DNA of 64,000 nucleotides from positions 18,724,001 through 18,788,000 of the forward strand of contig CM106585.1 of assembly GCA_048013815.1 (NCBI GenBank), read 5' to 3'. Below the pieces are notes generated by a model that saw nothing but the letters and a program-made list of their open reading frames with translations, searched no databases and was not told the DNA's origin. Positions 12,881-27,476 of the stretch are shown here, piece after piece. Position numbers and translations under genes: made by a program. Each line of letters starts with the position of its first letter. Within the stretch, counting starts at the first letter, position 1. This DNA is from Setoptus koraiensis (lineage: Eukaryota; Animalia; Arthropoda).

Positions 12881-15440
12881 GTCACCGCTGACTCACTGCC
12901 GGCTCGAGAGTCTCGAGCCGCTCGCACCCGGCTCGACGCAACCGGCCGCCCGAGACAACAAGTGCGGCTCAGCGCGACCGGCTCAGCGGTGAGTCACCTG
13001 TCGAGCGAGACGCGCAGACGGCGCGACAGCGCCGCTAATCCCTGTTGTGGTCAGCCGCGGTTCGCTGGCTGACTGGCCAGCGACAAGCCAGTGGCCGGCG
13101 AGCAGCCAGTGGCCGGCGAGCAGCGCGGCTTCTGTCGGCGCTGGCGAGCCCGTGATCCCGTCACTGAGCGCCGGCTCGACCCCTGGCCGCCCCCTTGAGC
13201 GCTCTGCGAACTGTGCGAAAGCGATACCGCGACGCAGCCCGCTCGCCCGGTCGGCGACGAGCGGGACACAGGCAGCGAATTAAAAGAATTAATGCCACTC
13301 ATCTGGCCACTTGGGCAGCCTGCAATCAGCCACTAATCGCATTAGTCGCGCCCCTAAGGAAAACGAGACCGGCCGGCAGCGGCAGCACCTATGGCTGTGC
13401 GCGCTAAATTGAGCGCCGTATCAATTTCGTTGTCTTCTCTCACCTTGTTAATCTGCGTCCATTGCTGTGTGTGTCTCGCCGAGCGAGCAAGCGAGCGAGC
13501 GCCCGTCCGTTCGGTCGTTCGGTCGGATCGTCGAACGCATTCGAAGGCATTCGAAGGCAGTCGAACGCACTCGAACGATTCGACAAAAGTGGCAGCGTTC
13601 GCAGCGTCCAGCTCGCAATTTCACTTTTGCATAGCGCGGCCAGTCGCTTGGTGCGGCCGCTTTTGTTTCGTTGATAACGCTCATTAGCTTGGTCCGTTTC
13701 GGCCGGCCACTCGCTCTGGCCCGGTCCGTTTGCGCTGCGTGTGTCCGCCAATGGTGCCCATTATCAGTTGCATCACTGCTTCTGTTGGCGTCGCTGTTGT
13801 TGCTGTTGGCGTCGCTGTTGCCGCTGCCAGGCCGGTTGTGTGTCGGGCCGATCTCGAGACCCGATCGGCCGGGCCGGGCCGGGCTCGCACACGGCGCGCA
13901 TGCATCATTATCGGACAGGCCAACACAACAAGTGTCATGACGATTACCGACATTTCTAATTGTGATTAACGACCAATTGTGTGTGTGTTCTCGATACTTG
14001 TTGCCTAATCTAATATCATCATCATGTCATTCCTGTTGGCCGGCTCCACTGACTGGCTGGCTCACTCACTCCCTCAATCACTGATTGAGCGCAAGCTGAG
14101 GCGGCCAACATTCACCGCTGGGTGTAGCGCTCTGGCGGCCAGGTTAAGAAACTGGCGCCGGGCAACGAAACTGGCGGCCAACTGGAGGCCAGATTACGAC
14201 AGACTGTGAGTGACAGCGCGAGATTATCATGCCGTAGATAATCAGACGCCCGCTAGGCGAGCACACGGGCACAGTGTGTGTGCGCTTGACACTGGCCGCT
14301 GCTCACGGCCGGCCCGGCCGATATCGGCAACATCGCGCACTGGGCGCCCAAGCCCGAGCTAATCAAATCATGACGGTCTTATCACTTTGCGAGCATCTAA
14401 ACATGACGCTAAACTGTGCCCTGTGTTTCCTTGCTTCCAATGATAGCGCCACTATCATTGTTTACGCTCAATGTATTACGGCTGCCAACAACAGCGCCGG
14501 CCAACAACGACAGCGCCGGCCAACAATCAGTCGGTCAGCCGGTCAGCGGATAGCGCGACACCGGTGGCCAGTTTATTGGCGTGCGAGAGACAAACAAAGT
14601 AATTACTGGCCGGCCGTGCGCTTCCTGTTTCGAGTGTCGCTGTTGGTGTTGGTGTCGTTGTTTGTCACCTTGTCTCTATTGGTGTCAGCGCTTGATTAAT
14701 GTCAAGCTACCTGTGCGAGTGTATCCTTTCACTTGTGTTCACTTTTGCCACTTGCAACTTTCACTTTGCACATGAGACTCATAGACTCGCCCAAACTCGC
14801 AACGGACTTCCGAAGAGCCCTCGACACGGCTCGGCACACACGCCGGACAACAATGGACGGATTTATCTGTTACCTCTTTCTGTGTGTCTATCGCTTGTGT
14901 GGAGCCTTTGTCATTTTTGTCGCCGGTTGTTTTGTTGTTGAGCCGTCATAAACTTGTGAGCTTGTGTGACTCTGGCATTTAACTGGCTTGCATTGAATGG
15001 ACGCAGTCGATCCAGCCAAGGGGAGAGACACCGAGCCAGCCAAGGAGAGACACCGAGCCAGAGAAAGAGAGAGGGAGAGAGAGAAACAATGAGCCGCCAT
15101 TAGCGTCTCGGCGTAATCAGCTAATAGCGCTGCTGGCTGGCGATGGCGTGCCGGCCCGACTCTGGCTCACAGTGTTTGGCTGGCCACGACAGGTAGCAGC
15201 AGACGACAGGTAGCAGCAAACGACGGCAGAGAGAGAGAGTGCAACAAGTGTCCCTCTGTCGAGCACAATGACTAATAAAATATTAATAATAACAATAACA
15301 TTTCATCCTCTGCCCACTTGTTTCGCGCCGCCCGGTATCGCTGCCGCAACAACCGTTTAATCTTAAACTGTTGCCACTTGGTACGCATGCAACAACAACC
15401 GCCCTCCACAACAATGCCTGCGACTCTTGGCCTGACCGAC

Positions 15441-15458
15441 GACGACAACAACGACACC

Positions 15459-15492
<34 letters not shown>

Positions 15493-15524
15493 TCAATAAC
15501 AACAACGACGACGACGACGACGAC
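15441..15524. repeat. (AAC)n/(GAC)n trinucleotide tract
   Basis: Direct reading; lies inside the AG-free zone before the 15559 exon. Confidence 0.9.
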
Positions 15525-15558
15525 ATCATTTGAATAATCATTTGAATGGGCTGAGCAG

Positions 15559-15732
15559 CGCCTCGAATGGACTCCCACGGAAGAGGACGTAGCCACTTGC
15601 GGTATCAAGGGCCAGTCTAAGGACGCCTGTCAGAATTACATAAGAGTGATGCACAAGATAAAGGACAAGAATCAGCTGCACGTTTGCGGCACAAATGCCT
15701 TCAAGCCGCGCTGTCGCATCTACGAGATACAC
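15559..15732 (+). CDS. Sema1a: Semaphorin-1a, first recovered coding exon (internal, Sema domain)
   Basis: Translates RLEWTPTEEDVATCGIKGQSKDACQNYIRVMHKIKDKNQLHVCGTNAFKPRCRIYEIH, which has the Sema-domain CQNYIR and CGTNAFxPxC motifs. Donor CAC|GTAAGT at 15733. An in-frame TAA at 15535-15537 forces an acceptor at the tandem GAG/CAG (15553-15558), so the start is 15556 or 15559. Confidence 0.9.
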
Positions 15733-18700
15733 GTAAGTAGCCCGGCGATTATTATCGCTCTCTCTCTCTATTACCGCTGGCTGGCTGGCTGGCTGTTTGC
15801 CGCTTCTCTACTCTCTATTCTCGCTATTGGCTATTCTCTGTTGGCCAGTTGACTCTGTTGGCCAGTTGATCGCTTGGTTGGCCAGGCCATCAGCTGGCCA
15901 CTTGTTGGCCAACTGATCGCTGTAATGTAGCGTAATGATGCTGTTTGTGTTGATTGGTGGGCACCAATTTGTGGCGCCGTCATGTTAGCGCTGATGCAAT
16001 TGTAATTGCAGCGAAAAGTCGTGCTGGCGCGATCTGCGCACACCAGTCCGACTAGCCCGACTAACAGACCCTGAGTGACCAGTGAGTGTGTGTTTGCTTG
16101 CGATAGCGAGCCCAGTTTGCGACTGTGAGCTGAAAAAGAAGAGAGTGTCCGAGAAAAAAGAACAAACACAGAGTTGGACCGTTATTGTTGCAGCGGCAAC
16201 AACAACAGCAACGGCAACAGCAGCAACAACAACAACGGCGGCGACCGCAGCGGCGGCCTGTCCCACTTCCTTGTGTTTTGTTGGCCGTGTTGCTCGGATG
16301 AATTTGTTGGCGCAGTCGCTTGAACGAGATGAATATAATACGCATGATTTAGTGCAACCGCTCGGCCGCCACTAGAGCCAGCAGAGGCAGCCAGGCAAAA
16401 AGTGAGTCGCGCTTGACCGATAAGCAAACATGGATAATTCACGACTTTAATCGCTCAATCAAGCGGCCCAATGAGACTCACCTGTCATCATGGGCTCGTT
16501 TGGGCGCTCTCATCGGGCATCCTTTGTTTCTCGGCTCGCTCGGATCACTCGGCTCACTCGGCGCCGTTCGAGCGCCGTCTGCCCAAACGCTCGCCACTGA
16601 CCGGCGGCCAATCTCCACTGGCCGCACTGTCCGGACTGGCCAGTTCGAAGGACTGGCCGAGAGGATGTGGCTCCGTGGAGCGAGTTGTTCATCATGGCGG
16701 CACAGCGAGCGAACGGAGCGGCCATAACGGAATTGGAGTAACGTCAGCGGCATGACACGACATTGTTGAACAATGGGCACACAGTCGGTCGCACATTTGA
16801 ATATTAAACGTACGCTGCTGCGCCGTTGCATTGGCGCTGCCGCGATCAAGATATCAACTCACCTGTTGCTCGGGTTCGGCCGGCCGTTGCGGCCGTTTCA
16901 AACGGCGCCCAATTGCCATGAGCGGTGCACAATGAGCCAGACGGGATCATATCGCCGATCTGATCCGATCTGGCCCGGTCTGGCCCGGTCTGGCAGCGAC
17001 CGAGCCACTCGCGGACCGAGCCACTCGCGGACCGAGCGACTCGCAGACTGAGCCACTCGCAGACCGAGCGCGACCCCCAGACGTCGGCTAAGGCTCGGCT
17101 TGGCTCGACAACAACGAAGGCAACAACGAAGAGGCAACAACGAGCGAGTGGCAGCATCGAAATGAAATTGTTCGCTTGTGCAACATTATTGCCATTATTA
17201 TTGCATAATGTTTAATGCATAATGCATGGAAACGACTTGCGCCGGCCGACCGTCCGTCCGTGCTTCGGCTTTTTCGGGCCGGCGCGCAACAGCGGCTAAA
17301 AAAAGAATAAACAGCCCGATTACAATCAGTGTCTGGTCTGGTCGTGGCGCACCGTTCGCCATCGTTACACTTATCTTATCTCGCTCGGCCAACAGCACGA
17401 TGCTAATCATGACGACGCTCATGATGATGATGATCTATTATCTAAAGTCACCCATTGCCTTGATTCGCCTCTCTATTAGTGTCCTCGTTTATTGTCAGTT
17501 CGGTCAGTTCGGTCAGTTTGGGTATTAGCATTAGCGTTTGTTGTTTGTGTTGTGCTGCTGCTGTCGCTGTCGCTGTTGTTGCTGTCGCTGCGTTTGCGGT
17601 GAGCCAGTGGTGCCAGGAATTACATTGGACCATAATTGCATAATGGCACCGCACTTGTTATTTTTATCGCTTACAACACACAATGAATGATTAATTATTA
17701 TTAGTCGACCAGCAAACAATAATCCTTGCACAGTCTCGCTGGGCCCGCCAGCCGGCAACGTTCACGCCAGCCGGCAACCAAGGCAACGTTTACGGCCGGC
17801 GCGGCACCCAAGGCTCCCGACTGTTGAGATGACCAGTCCACATGAACTGACCATCTCAACAGTGACAGGTGCCCGACAGACGAACACTGCGCTTATGATT
17901 GAGCCGCTAATGAGCTAATGAGATTGCAATCAATTGAGTGTTGCGTAATCCATTGGCGCACATATCAGACACACAAGATTGTGTTTGTGTTAGTGTGACC
18001 CAAAACTATCATTGTGGCAGCCCCACAATCAATCAATGGGCTCAATTGTCAACAGTTGACAGCACCGCTTATGAGTTATCCACTTATGCGCTGACTTGTC
18101 CATTGTAACAAACAATAGCTATTACATTGCCGGCGCAGCTCGAAATTGAAAACTGGCCTCCTCGACATTGTCACCAGCGAGTTACGCCGGCTTGTTTCGC
18201 TGTTGTTTCGCTGTTGTTTCGCTGTTGTTTCGCTGTTGTGTCGCTGTTGTGTCGCTGTTGTGTCGCGGTCCCTCGTTTCGCGGGCCGAGTTGAAACTTGC
18301 GGCCGCTACTGGCAGTCGGCGGGCCATCCGAGCGGCCAGTGTCCGAGTGTCCGAGCGGCGAGTGCCCGAGCGGCCAGTATCGAGTCGCCACGTCGTTTGT
18401 ATGTGGGGCACGTTGCTTGCGCGACGCGCCAGGCCGCCGATGAGACGCGAGATGCGAGCTCGCGCCTTGGCCTACAACCAAAACTAATTCAAGTGGAACA
18501 GCGCCCCTCGGCCGAGTTGGTTGCACACACACACGCACACGCAAGAAGAGGCCGAGCAGAAGTGGGCCCCAACGAGCGATTGGCCCGCGTCTCTATTGGC
18601 CATTATTGTAATCAATTGTTTACTTGTCTTTGGCCCCTCTTGAGACACAACTCTTGTCCGCTTTGGGGCCTGGCCCGGCGTGACTTGCCTCTGCAGCCCG

Positions 18701-19596
18701 CAAGTCGGCGAGTCGGCGAGTCGCGCTCAAAGCTGCCACTGCGAGCTCGAGCCGCGTCGGGTTGCCGCGTCGGGTTGCTGGGGCCAGATAGCGGGGGGGG
18801 GGCACATTGTTGTTTGCAGTGAGTAGCACAGACAGAGTGACACATTGGACACAGTGTGCAAGCAGATGAAGCGTAAACTGGGCAGCGGCCTGTTTTGTTG
18901 CGTCACTCATTGTCGTTGACCAGTGGCCAGTGGCCAGTGGCCAGTTGCCAGTGGCTGCTTGCCACAACCGCATCAATTTACCAATGGAGTAGATAACCAG
19001 CAGCACACACTACATTACATAATACATGAGAGAGTCCGCGCCAGAGTGCATACAAGGGACAGTACATATGAGATATATATGAGAGAGTACATATGAGCGA
19101 GCGCATATGAGCGAGCGAGTCTCGCTAAATGAGACACTCATTGAGTGGAGTGTATTTACTGGCCCGGAGCATCTCTGCGTGCTCGTTGTGGTTGTCGTCA
19201 TTGTCGGCGTCATTGTCGGCGTCATTGTCGTCGTCATTGTGTCGCCTCCATCGATGGTGGCCCCTCGCGTATCTCGCATCGATCGGCGCTGGCCGGCCCG
19301 CTGCCGCTGCTCGGCGCCCCGAGCGGCCCGCCGGGCCGCCTGCCTGCCTGCCTGTCCATCATGGTGCCGGCTGTCGCTCGGACGGCCGCCGGCCCCAACT
19401 GGCTACGAACGCGTCACTCGGTTAGCCAGCCAGCCAGCCAATTCAACGTCGATAAAATCTAATCTCGTCTCATCTCGCTCTTCTCTCATCGGCCCCACGA
19501 ACGCGCAAACACACCGCGGATGCCACTACGAACCGATGCCACTACGAAACGACAAACCAACGCCGATACAAACTGCGCCCGTGCGCGCCCCAACAG

Positions 19597-19684
19597 GAGG
19601 ACGGATTCAGCCAGGTCAGAGAAACGCCGGCAGAAATAACCTGTCCCTACACGGACAACAGAACTGTGACCTCCACCTATGCAG
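19597..19684 (+). CDS. Sema1a: Semaphorin-1a exon
   Basis: CAACAG|GAG acceptor and GCAG|GTAAGT donor. Encodes EDGFSQVRETPAEITCPYTDNRTVTSTYA (Sema CPY motif). Phase 0 in, phase 1 out, matching both neighbours. Confidence 0.9.
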
Positions 19685-20949
19685 GTAAGTCTCGCCTCGA
19701 ACCTTATGCATGCCGCCCTCCGTGTTATTAGGCAAATATCACAGCAATGTCTCAGCACACGGGCCTCACAGTGCATGCTCGGCCTCAGTATATATCCAGT
19801 GAATATCCAGTGAATATCCAGCGAATATCTAGCGAATATCCAGCGCCTCGTATAAGCGAATTGTAAATATCCAGCTGTGTTGGCACTGCCGAGACATTAC
19901 AATGCACTTGTGCCTCCTTCAACCGGTCGCCTCAATCGGCCGCTTCGAGGCAGTTGGCCGGCGCGTGTCGCGCTCGCTATAAGTGCATATCGCAAATACA
20001 AAACTATATAATGGGGCCCATCAATCATTCTTTTTGTTGCTATTGGCTTATTGTTTGCCTAGCGCTGTCGTCGTTGCTCATAGGTAAATAGGCTCTCGTT
20101 GTTGGCCTAACAAGTGCCCAACAACAATTGTTGGCGAGTGTGTGTGTGTTTCTTTGTGTCCGCCATTGGTGTGTGTGTGTGTCTCGAACTTGTATACAAG
20201 CGCCGTATAAGCGCCGTATAAGCGCCGCATAAGCGCCGTTACGTAATGTTGCTAGTTGAGCGTGCACGAGCCACTTGTGCGGCCGCAGGTAGCTATAGGT
20301 AGCTGCTCGTGCATACGTAAACTGTGTGGTGCGCCTATGTAATTTACAACAACAGCCACGAGCGCGTAACCACAAACAACAAATATATTTTATAAATATA
20401 TGAAATAAATATAAATAAGATTGTAGCCGTTGCGCGGGCCCCGCCAGCACAAAATGGCGTGTCTGTTAGTTTGTGTTGCCGCTGTTGCTGTTGTTGTTGT
20501 TGCTGTTGTTCAATTTCAGTTCAATTTCACTAACCAGCAAACAAGCGAAACGGCCGATTGTGACGCCCCCGCGCCCGCGCTCACTTCAATCGGCTCGATC
20601 GGCTCAATTGGTTCAATTGGTGGCCAATTGGCTCGAGCTTCGAGTGGCCTCAATAATTCAGCTGTGGCGGCGGCAGCGGCAATCTATTGTGGGCAGTACA
20701 TATAATATATATATATATATTATATAGTATTGGCCCACTGAATGCGGCCCATACGCTTACATAATGTTTCGCTCAAGCAATATTACATAATAACGTAATG
20801 CTTGTGCGTAATGGCAATAATCGATATGCGTCTGCTGGCGGGGCCCCAAAGCGCGCTTGGCGTTTGTTTAGATCCGCTAATAAAACAGACCGTTTGTTGT
20901 TGTTTGCGCAATCGTTTATTCCGAGGTGAAACGCAGCGTCGTCGCGCCT

Positions 20950-20992
<43 letters not shown>

Positions 20993-21402
20993 TTGGCGCG
21001 GTTCAAGTCGTCACTGCAACCACAGCTCCACAACAGCGAGTCATCGACCGATTGTGGCACGGACTCGACTGCGGGCGCTCACAAGTGGCTCGGCTAGTTG
21101 GTGCCCCAACAGCATCGACAGCATCGACATCACCGACAACAACAACCAAGGCAAACAGAGCGATCTGATTGGCTGCCACTGCACCGGCCGCTCGAGTGCG
21201 TCGCCCGGTGCCATATGAGTGTGAGCCGCCACTTGCCAACAGCGAAAGTATTGACTCAGATTGGCCGGCCAGCGAGCCAATGGCAGCGATTGTTTGCGGT
21301 CAAGCAAATGAATTGTTACGTAATGCGCGCAAACTTGTTGTTGTGCGTTGAATTTGCGCGCTCGCAGCGGCACCTGGTGCCAGCATGTCGTTGTCGTTGT
21401 CG

Positions 21403-21433
<31 letters not shown>

Positions 21434-24400
21434 CGTTGTATATGTATTTGTGTGTATATATACCTCTGGCCATTACATGCCTCTAGCAACGCCGCCGCTG
21501 CCGCCGACGCCGCCGGAGCAATCAAATCATCTGGCACGGGCTGGCATGACGCGCACGTCAGACGCTGGCGAAACTGGCCCAAGTGTGTGTGTGCTGTTCA
21601 AATGAGTATTTAGCCATTGGGTAACAGTGACCAGTGGGCCCAGCTAAACGCGCGCACGCATCTTGTGTGCAAGTTACGTAACAACAATTGACCGTTAGCT
21701 TATTGTTCCCATAAGAATATACTATATACTGTATATATATATACTGGTGCACATGTGCGTATGTGGCGCGCACACGAGCAGCGGTAGCCAATAGAGATGG
21801 AAATTAACTAGAGGCAACTCTGGTCATGTGTTACATAAGACTGGAGTACGTGCCACCGCCAGCGCTCCTCTTACGTAAACGTGCCGAGGGGTATTTTCTA
21901 GTTTCAAGTTTCTGCCGCTCGTTGCCGCTCGCTGTGACCGCTCTCAGCTACGAGCGGCCGGTCACAGCTACGAGCGGCCGGTCGCAGCGACCGGTCACAG
22001 CAACGAGCGGCGGCAGAGGCCGCCGACGACGGGCCAAGCGCACCCTGGTGTCCACTTGTGCGTCTGACTTGTCGTGTCCATTGTACGTGACCATTAGCCG
22101 TAGTTTGAATGCTGCTGACCTAGGCTATTATTTTTATTTATCTGCTCGCTGTTTTGTTCTCGGCCCCCGGTTCTCGGCCCTCGGTTCTGGCGTCTCGGTT
22201 CGGCTGTCAGTTGTCAGTCTGTCTCTTGAGTTTGTTTCCTCGCGCGCCAGTATGTGTTGTGTCTGACAGGACACGAGCGAGCCTCGTTGTGTTGTGTTGT
22301 GTTGTGTCGTGTCCCAATCGGCGGGGGCCCCTTGAATGATGATATCGATCTATCGCTGCTTGAGCTGCCTACAAAAATGGCACGCTCGCTCGCTTTTGAT
22401 TTACTATACAAACATGAGCCGCTCGAGCCGCCACTCACTAGTCACGCTAGTGATACCAGTGATAAGGATAAAAGGAGCTCAATCATCACTTTATGTGCCA
22501 TTTGACCGGCGAACGCCCTCGCTCGCCGGTCACTCGATAAAACTCGGCTCGGATAAAACTGCCGGCGCGCCAACACCGAATCGCTACATCTCTCGTGTGC
22601 ACACGAGACTGGCGCCAACGGACAGCCAGTAACTTGTTAGCCGAGCCACCATGGGCGCCCATCCGATTTGATCACGGCCTCACGCCGGCATCGCATCGGG
22701 CCAGTCTGTTCGGCCGCCGACCAAGAGAACAACGACACCACCGGCAATTGTTGTAATGAGCCCATCCAATTAGAACCAATTAACCTGACTGACAGTTACT
22801 GACAGTGAACTGGCTGATCGCTCGGGCCGGGCGCCGACTTAATTAGCTCGGACTTCACTAATTAGTTGGTGGCACAAGCACGCACACGCGCATAATTCAC
22901 TCAATCGTCAAGTTACACACACTGTCCTGTCATCTATTGCGCAAGCGAACTGCTGTCGTGCACGGCGCCCCAGACGCGAGTTGTCGCTGCCTCAATTGTC
23001 GCTGCCTTGGTTGACTGATACGCGATGACTCACGGCCTCTGGCACCGTCGTCCATTGTTTGTGCCGTCTTGCGTCGCTGATTGTTGCGTCATATTCATTC
23101 AATCATGTCACGACAACGACAACATTATCATTTGCGCACCAGAGTCTTGTTGCAGCGATCAGCGCGTGCCGCCGTCGTCGTTGTTGTCGTTGTTGTCGTC
23201 GTCGTTGTCGTTGTTCTAATCCCATAATGATGATCTCATCAACATGAAACGGCACAGTGAGGCTCTTCGGACGAGCGAGCTTCCTGTTGGCCCGTTTTGT
23301 GCGCTGTGCCGATGCGATGATCCGCCGATGCATAGTGGCCATTTATTATGCTGTATGTTTGTGTTTGTGTCGGCGATCTGTCCATCGGAGCTCAACGGAT
23401 TGCTGCGGCCTGTCAGCGCGCGCGGATCAAATGTGTCAATAGACAATGTACAATGTCATTGTTATGTTAATATTGATGGCGAGTTGCGCAACGAGCGGCC
23501 CGCATCAATCACGCACCTTGATTAGTTGCGGGCCGCTGTCGGCTAGCCGGCCCGCCGGCCCGCAACCGGCCGGCCAGCGCCAGCCAACAGTGAGCGGGCA
23601 AACAATGACGCTGATTATCGCTGGCATGTGTGTATGGTTGCGTCATGTCTCGGCTGCACAATGCAGTTCCTTGTGGACTGTGCATTGTGGAGGTCACACA
23701 CACAAATGGCATGTGGCATATGGCCCCGGTGACATATGCCCGGTTGCGCAACGTTGCAAAGGCCGGTCCATGGCGCACTAGCGACAACAGCGGCCGCAGC
23801 GACAACAGCAACAGCGACAATAGCGACAGCAACGACAGCAACGACAGCGACAACAGCGACAGCAACGACAGCGACAACGACAAGACCCGCTGCACATAAT
23901 TAGCCGCGTCCCGGCGCACATATGTTACATAATACTCGCTGAGCGGCGGCGCGAGCTGGCCGCGCGACGGAACAAGCGCAGCGTTGCAAGTGGACTGAGC
24001 TGGGCTGGCGTTGTTTCTGGGCCAATCGCTGGTTAGCTGGTGCCATCTCCGCGCCGGGCGCCCCATTATACGAATGATGTATTAACATTGTAACATTGCC
24101 AGCAGCAAGTGCCAGTCATGCTCCATTGAATCAAGTGACCGCCGGGCTCGGTGCCGGTTTCGGCGCGAGCCCGCAAACGGTCTAAGCACATTGTGTGCGC
24201 TTGTAATGTATTGCCATGTGACACACGCGACTTGATAAAGCTCAATTGGGGCCGCTATCAACTCGTCGCCAGATTTGCACAATGCGCGCCCACCGACATG
24301 CCCGGCGCTGGACATATCAAGCACGTTGGACATATGAACCGCGCTGGACATATAAAGTCGGACATATGAACCTCGTATGGGGCCTCGCATGCAGTTTTGC

Positions 24401-27364
24401 TCGCCGTTAAATTGCCACATTGGCCGAGATTTCGGGTCGCGCCGCTGTCCAGTTGCGCGACAAATGCGCGACAGTTGCGCGACATTCGCGCGACATTTGT
24501 GGCGCGCCAAAAATCATCTCGCTGCCCGGCTGACAAGCCAACGTCCGCGGCTAACGTCCACGGGCCAGCGTCCACGGGCAGCGTCCACGGGCAGCGCGAG
24601 CTCGACACACAAATAATGTGCGAGCCATAAAATTGCAAAAAGACAAAATAAAAAATGTTGCCATCGCTGTTGTTTTGACTGCTGCGAAACGGTTGTTGTG
24701 TGTGCGCCCAATTTCTCATCAATCGCACAGGCTCGGCACTGTTGAGGGCCCCAACTTGAGGCCCTCGAGTGGCGCAGCAATGCGACAGCAATCGCCGATG
24801 CAGTGCGCTCGCGATGAGCGACATTGTTCGCGGACGCGCACAGATGATATCTCGCTATATAAATGGCCAAATCAAGCGATATGGCCATTTATATATTTAT
24901 ACATTTGTGCGCACCGCGGCCCCAAATGATTGGACCTTATCTGATGCCGCCGTCATTGGTGCCCGCTGGACCCGGCCGGGCGGGCGACCGTTTCCGCGGC
25001 GGCCCGCGACAGCGACGCCAATTGCGACAACAGCACCAGCGACAGCCACGCCAACAACGACAGCGACGGCGACACAAAATGACTATCAATTAATGACTGT
25101 CATAGATACGCTGCCGCCAGCGCGTCACACATTAAGATTTAAATGGGCACACACACACGACTAATTTGACGGGCGCCGGGAAATCGCGAAATTGCGATTT
25201 GGCCGCGTTGACCGCGCTGACCGCGCTGACCGAGCTGACCGAGCTGACATTTTGAAAATGTTTCCGACGCTCACATTGGGGCCGATCGGCGCGCTCGCAG
25301 CCATCGCTGTCGGGCCCAAATCGCCCTTTTGAGACGCACACACACCGTCTACATTTACACGAGAGATAATATCGTGCTCTCGGCAGTTTATTTTACTCTT
25401 TCGGCCAGCGGGCCCCAACATCCAATTAGGCGCACAATATACATGACCGTTGTTGTCTGGCGCGGCCGGGGCGCAATTTGGCTCGCCGTTGCGCACTCTG
25501 TCCAGAGCTCGTTTGCACGTACGCGGCGGCCCGGCGCGCGCCGGGCCGGCCTAGCTCGGCACGTGAATAATGATATCCGCACGCAAATACCGCGCGCGAC
25601 CCGTGCTCGTGTCTGGTGCGGATCTGGTGTCGGGTCCGTCCGCGTGTGCAGCGCGCATCGACCGCGTGTGTGTGGTGGCCCGCGTTGTCCGACATCGTTC
25701 ACTGTCTCGTCATAGTGGCGACCGTTGCGCGGCGCTCGATTGTTGTGACGTTACGTTGATTGGCGCGCAGCCCGAAATTGATTGCGCCCGAGCGGCGCGA
25801 GGGCGCCCATTTTTCACTGGCGCACTTTGCATCTCGCTCGAGGCAACTTATTATCACTTTCGATTGTGCGCTCTCTCACATCTGATAGCGCGCGTCTAAG
25901 CGCCCCCGTGTGTGGAATGATCAACACAGTGGCCGGCCGACGGGCGCGGATAAAAGGGCGCGGATAAAAGATTGCGCCCAGATAAATTGGGCATCGGCGA
26001 GCGTGTGGCCAGCGGTGCCCGCCGCTGGGCGCCCGGCGTTATTATTATTATTATTCATTATCGTTTGCGCCGTCAAGCATGCAAATGATAGGGGCCAATG
26101 TTGCCGGTTGTTGTTGTTGTTGCTGTAACGAGAGACGATGATTGATTCCCCGCCGGCCCGTCGGCTCGATGGCCCCCGATCGCCGGTCCGCCTCTATCAA
26201 TAGCCACTTCGGCTGTCGACTATTGGACGCGCGGGCCATTACTCATACCGGACTGCACTTGCGAGTGCCAGTGAGTGTGTGTGTGTGTGTCGCGGGCCCC
26301 GCTCGGTCGGTCCAAATCAGTTCACGTGGGCGCCAACAGCGAGCAAGATTGATGTTGGGCAAACTGTGTGTTATTGTTTGCCATTGTTGTTGGCAGTGTT
26401 GCTAATGATTATAATCGAGTCATTCGAATAAGATAAATCGTCATGAAATTATCATAAGCAACACGCTTGCGTTGCATGATTGAGCGGGCTCCTATCGCCG
26501 ACTTGCATCACCCAATCAGCCGGCCAAACAAACCGTCGGGCCGGCCGTACGAACCGTCGAGCCGGCTGAACGAACCGTCGGGCCAATCATCCGCGTCAGA
26601 TCAGACAATCGAGCGTCCATCTTCAATCGGACGAGCACCCTCGCCGGACTCGCTGGCCGGCACTTCAACCGGTCGACTGGCGGCCGAGGGGCGCAATCGT
26701 AACCAAACTGAGGCCGATGACATCATGCCCGAAAACGTTGTCACACAACAACGCAAAAGTGTGTCAGTGTGCGAGTGGGCGCAAACAAGTGCCCGGCGCA
26801 AACAAAATTATTATTAATGATCGATGGCTGCATCGCTCACTTCCGGTTTCATCGAGCCCACACCTATCGTGCCTAAGAACCGATCGTGACGACACGCTGG
26901 TCAAAAATAAACAGTAGAGTTGCAATTGTGCGATATGCATCATCGTGTGTATGAAACGCAGCTCGAAACTTTGTTTGCCCTGAGCCTTGCGCGGCAAGTG
27001 GGGCCCCAGACTGTTGTTTGCACTGGAAGCTGAGCCCCGTTTAAACGGTTTTGGGGGCCGGCTTAAGCCGTTGCGAGCCGCACAAACGATTCAACGCGAC
27101 GCACCGCACCGCATGATGTGACATCATTTGGTGTGGTGACAATGACAAAAACAGGCGACACAAGGGCCGCGAGGTCGCGCCGACAAGAGCAATTTTATAT
27201 TATTTGGCTGCTTTATCCGCGTGTGTGTGTGTGTCGTGCTCGCAATAATTCCCATTGCTTCCGCAAATGGCCGCCAGAGCGCCGTGCTGCATGAGGGGCA
27301 ATTTGATCGTGTCACACACAGACGCTTATTATTGTTATGCAATCTCCAGATATTTACACTTGCA

Positions 27365-27476
27365 AGTTATAACGTCGTCGTCGTATAAATATCGCTCACA
27401 TATCGTCGTCGTATATATACCGCTTATGTATCGTCGTCGTATTTATATCGCTCATGTATGGTCGTCGTATATATAC
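27365..27476. repeat. ~28-bp degenerate tandem repeat x~4
   Basis: tcgtcgtcgtatatat(a)..cgct.atgta variants, followed by an 11-bp inverted repeat (27480-27490 / 27503-27513). Confidence 0.75.
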
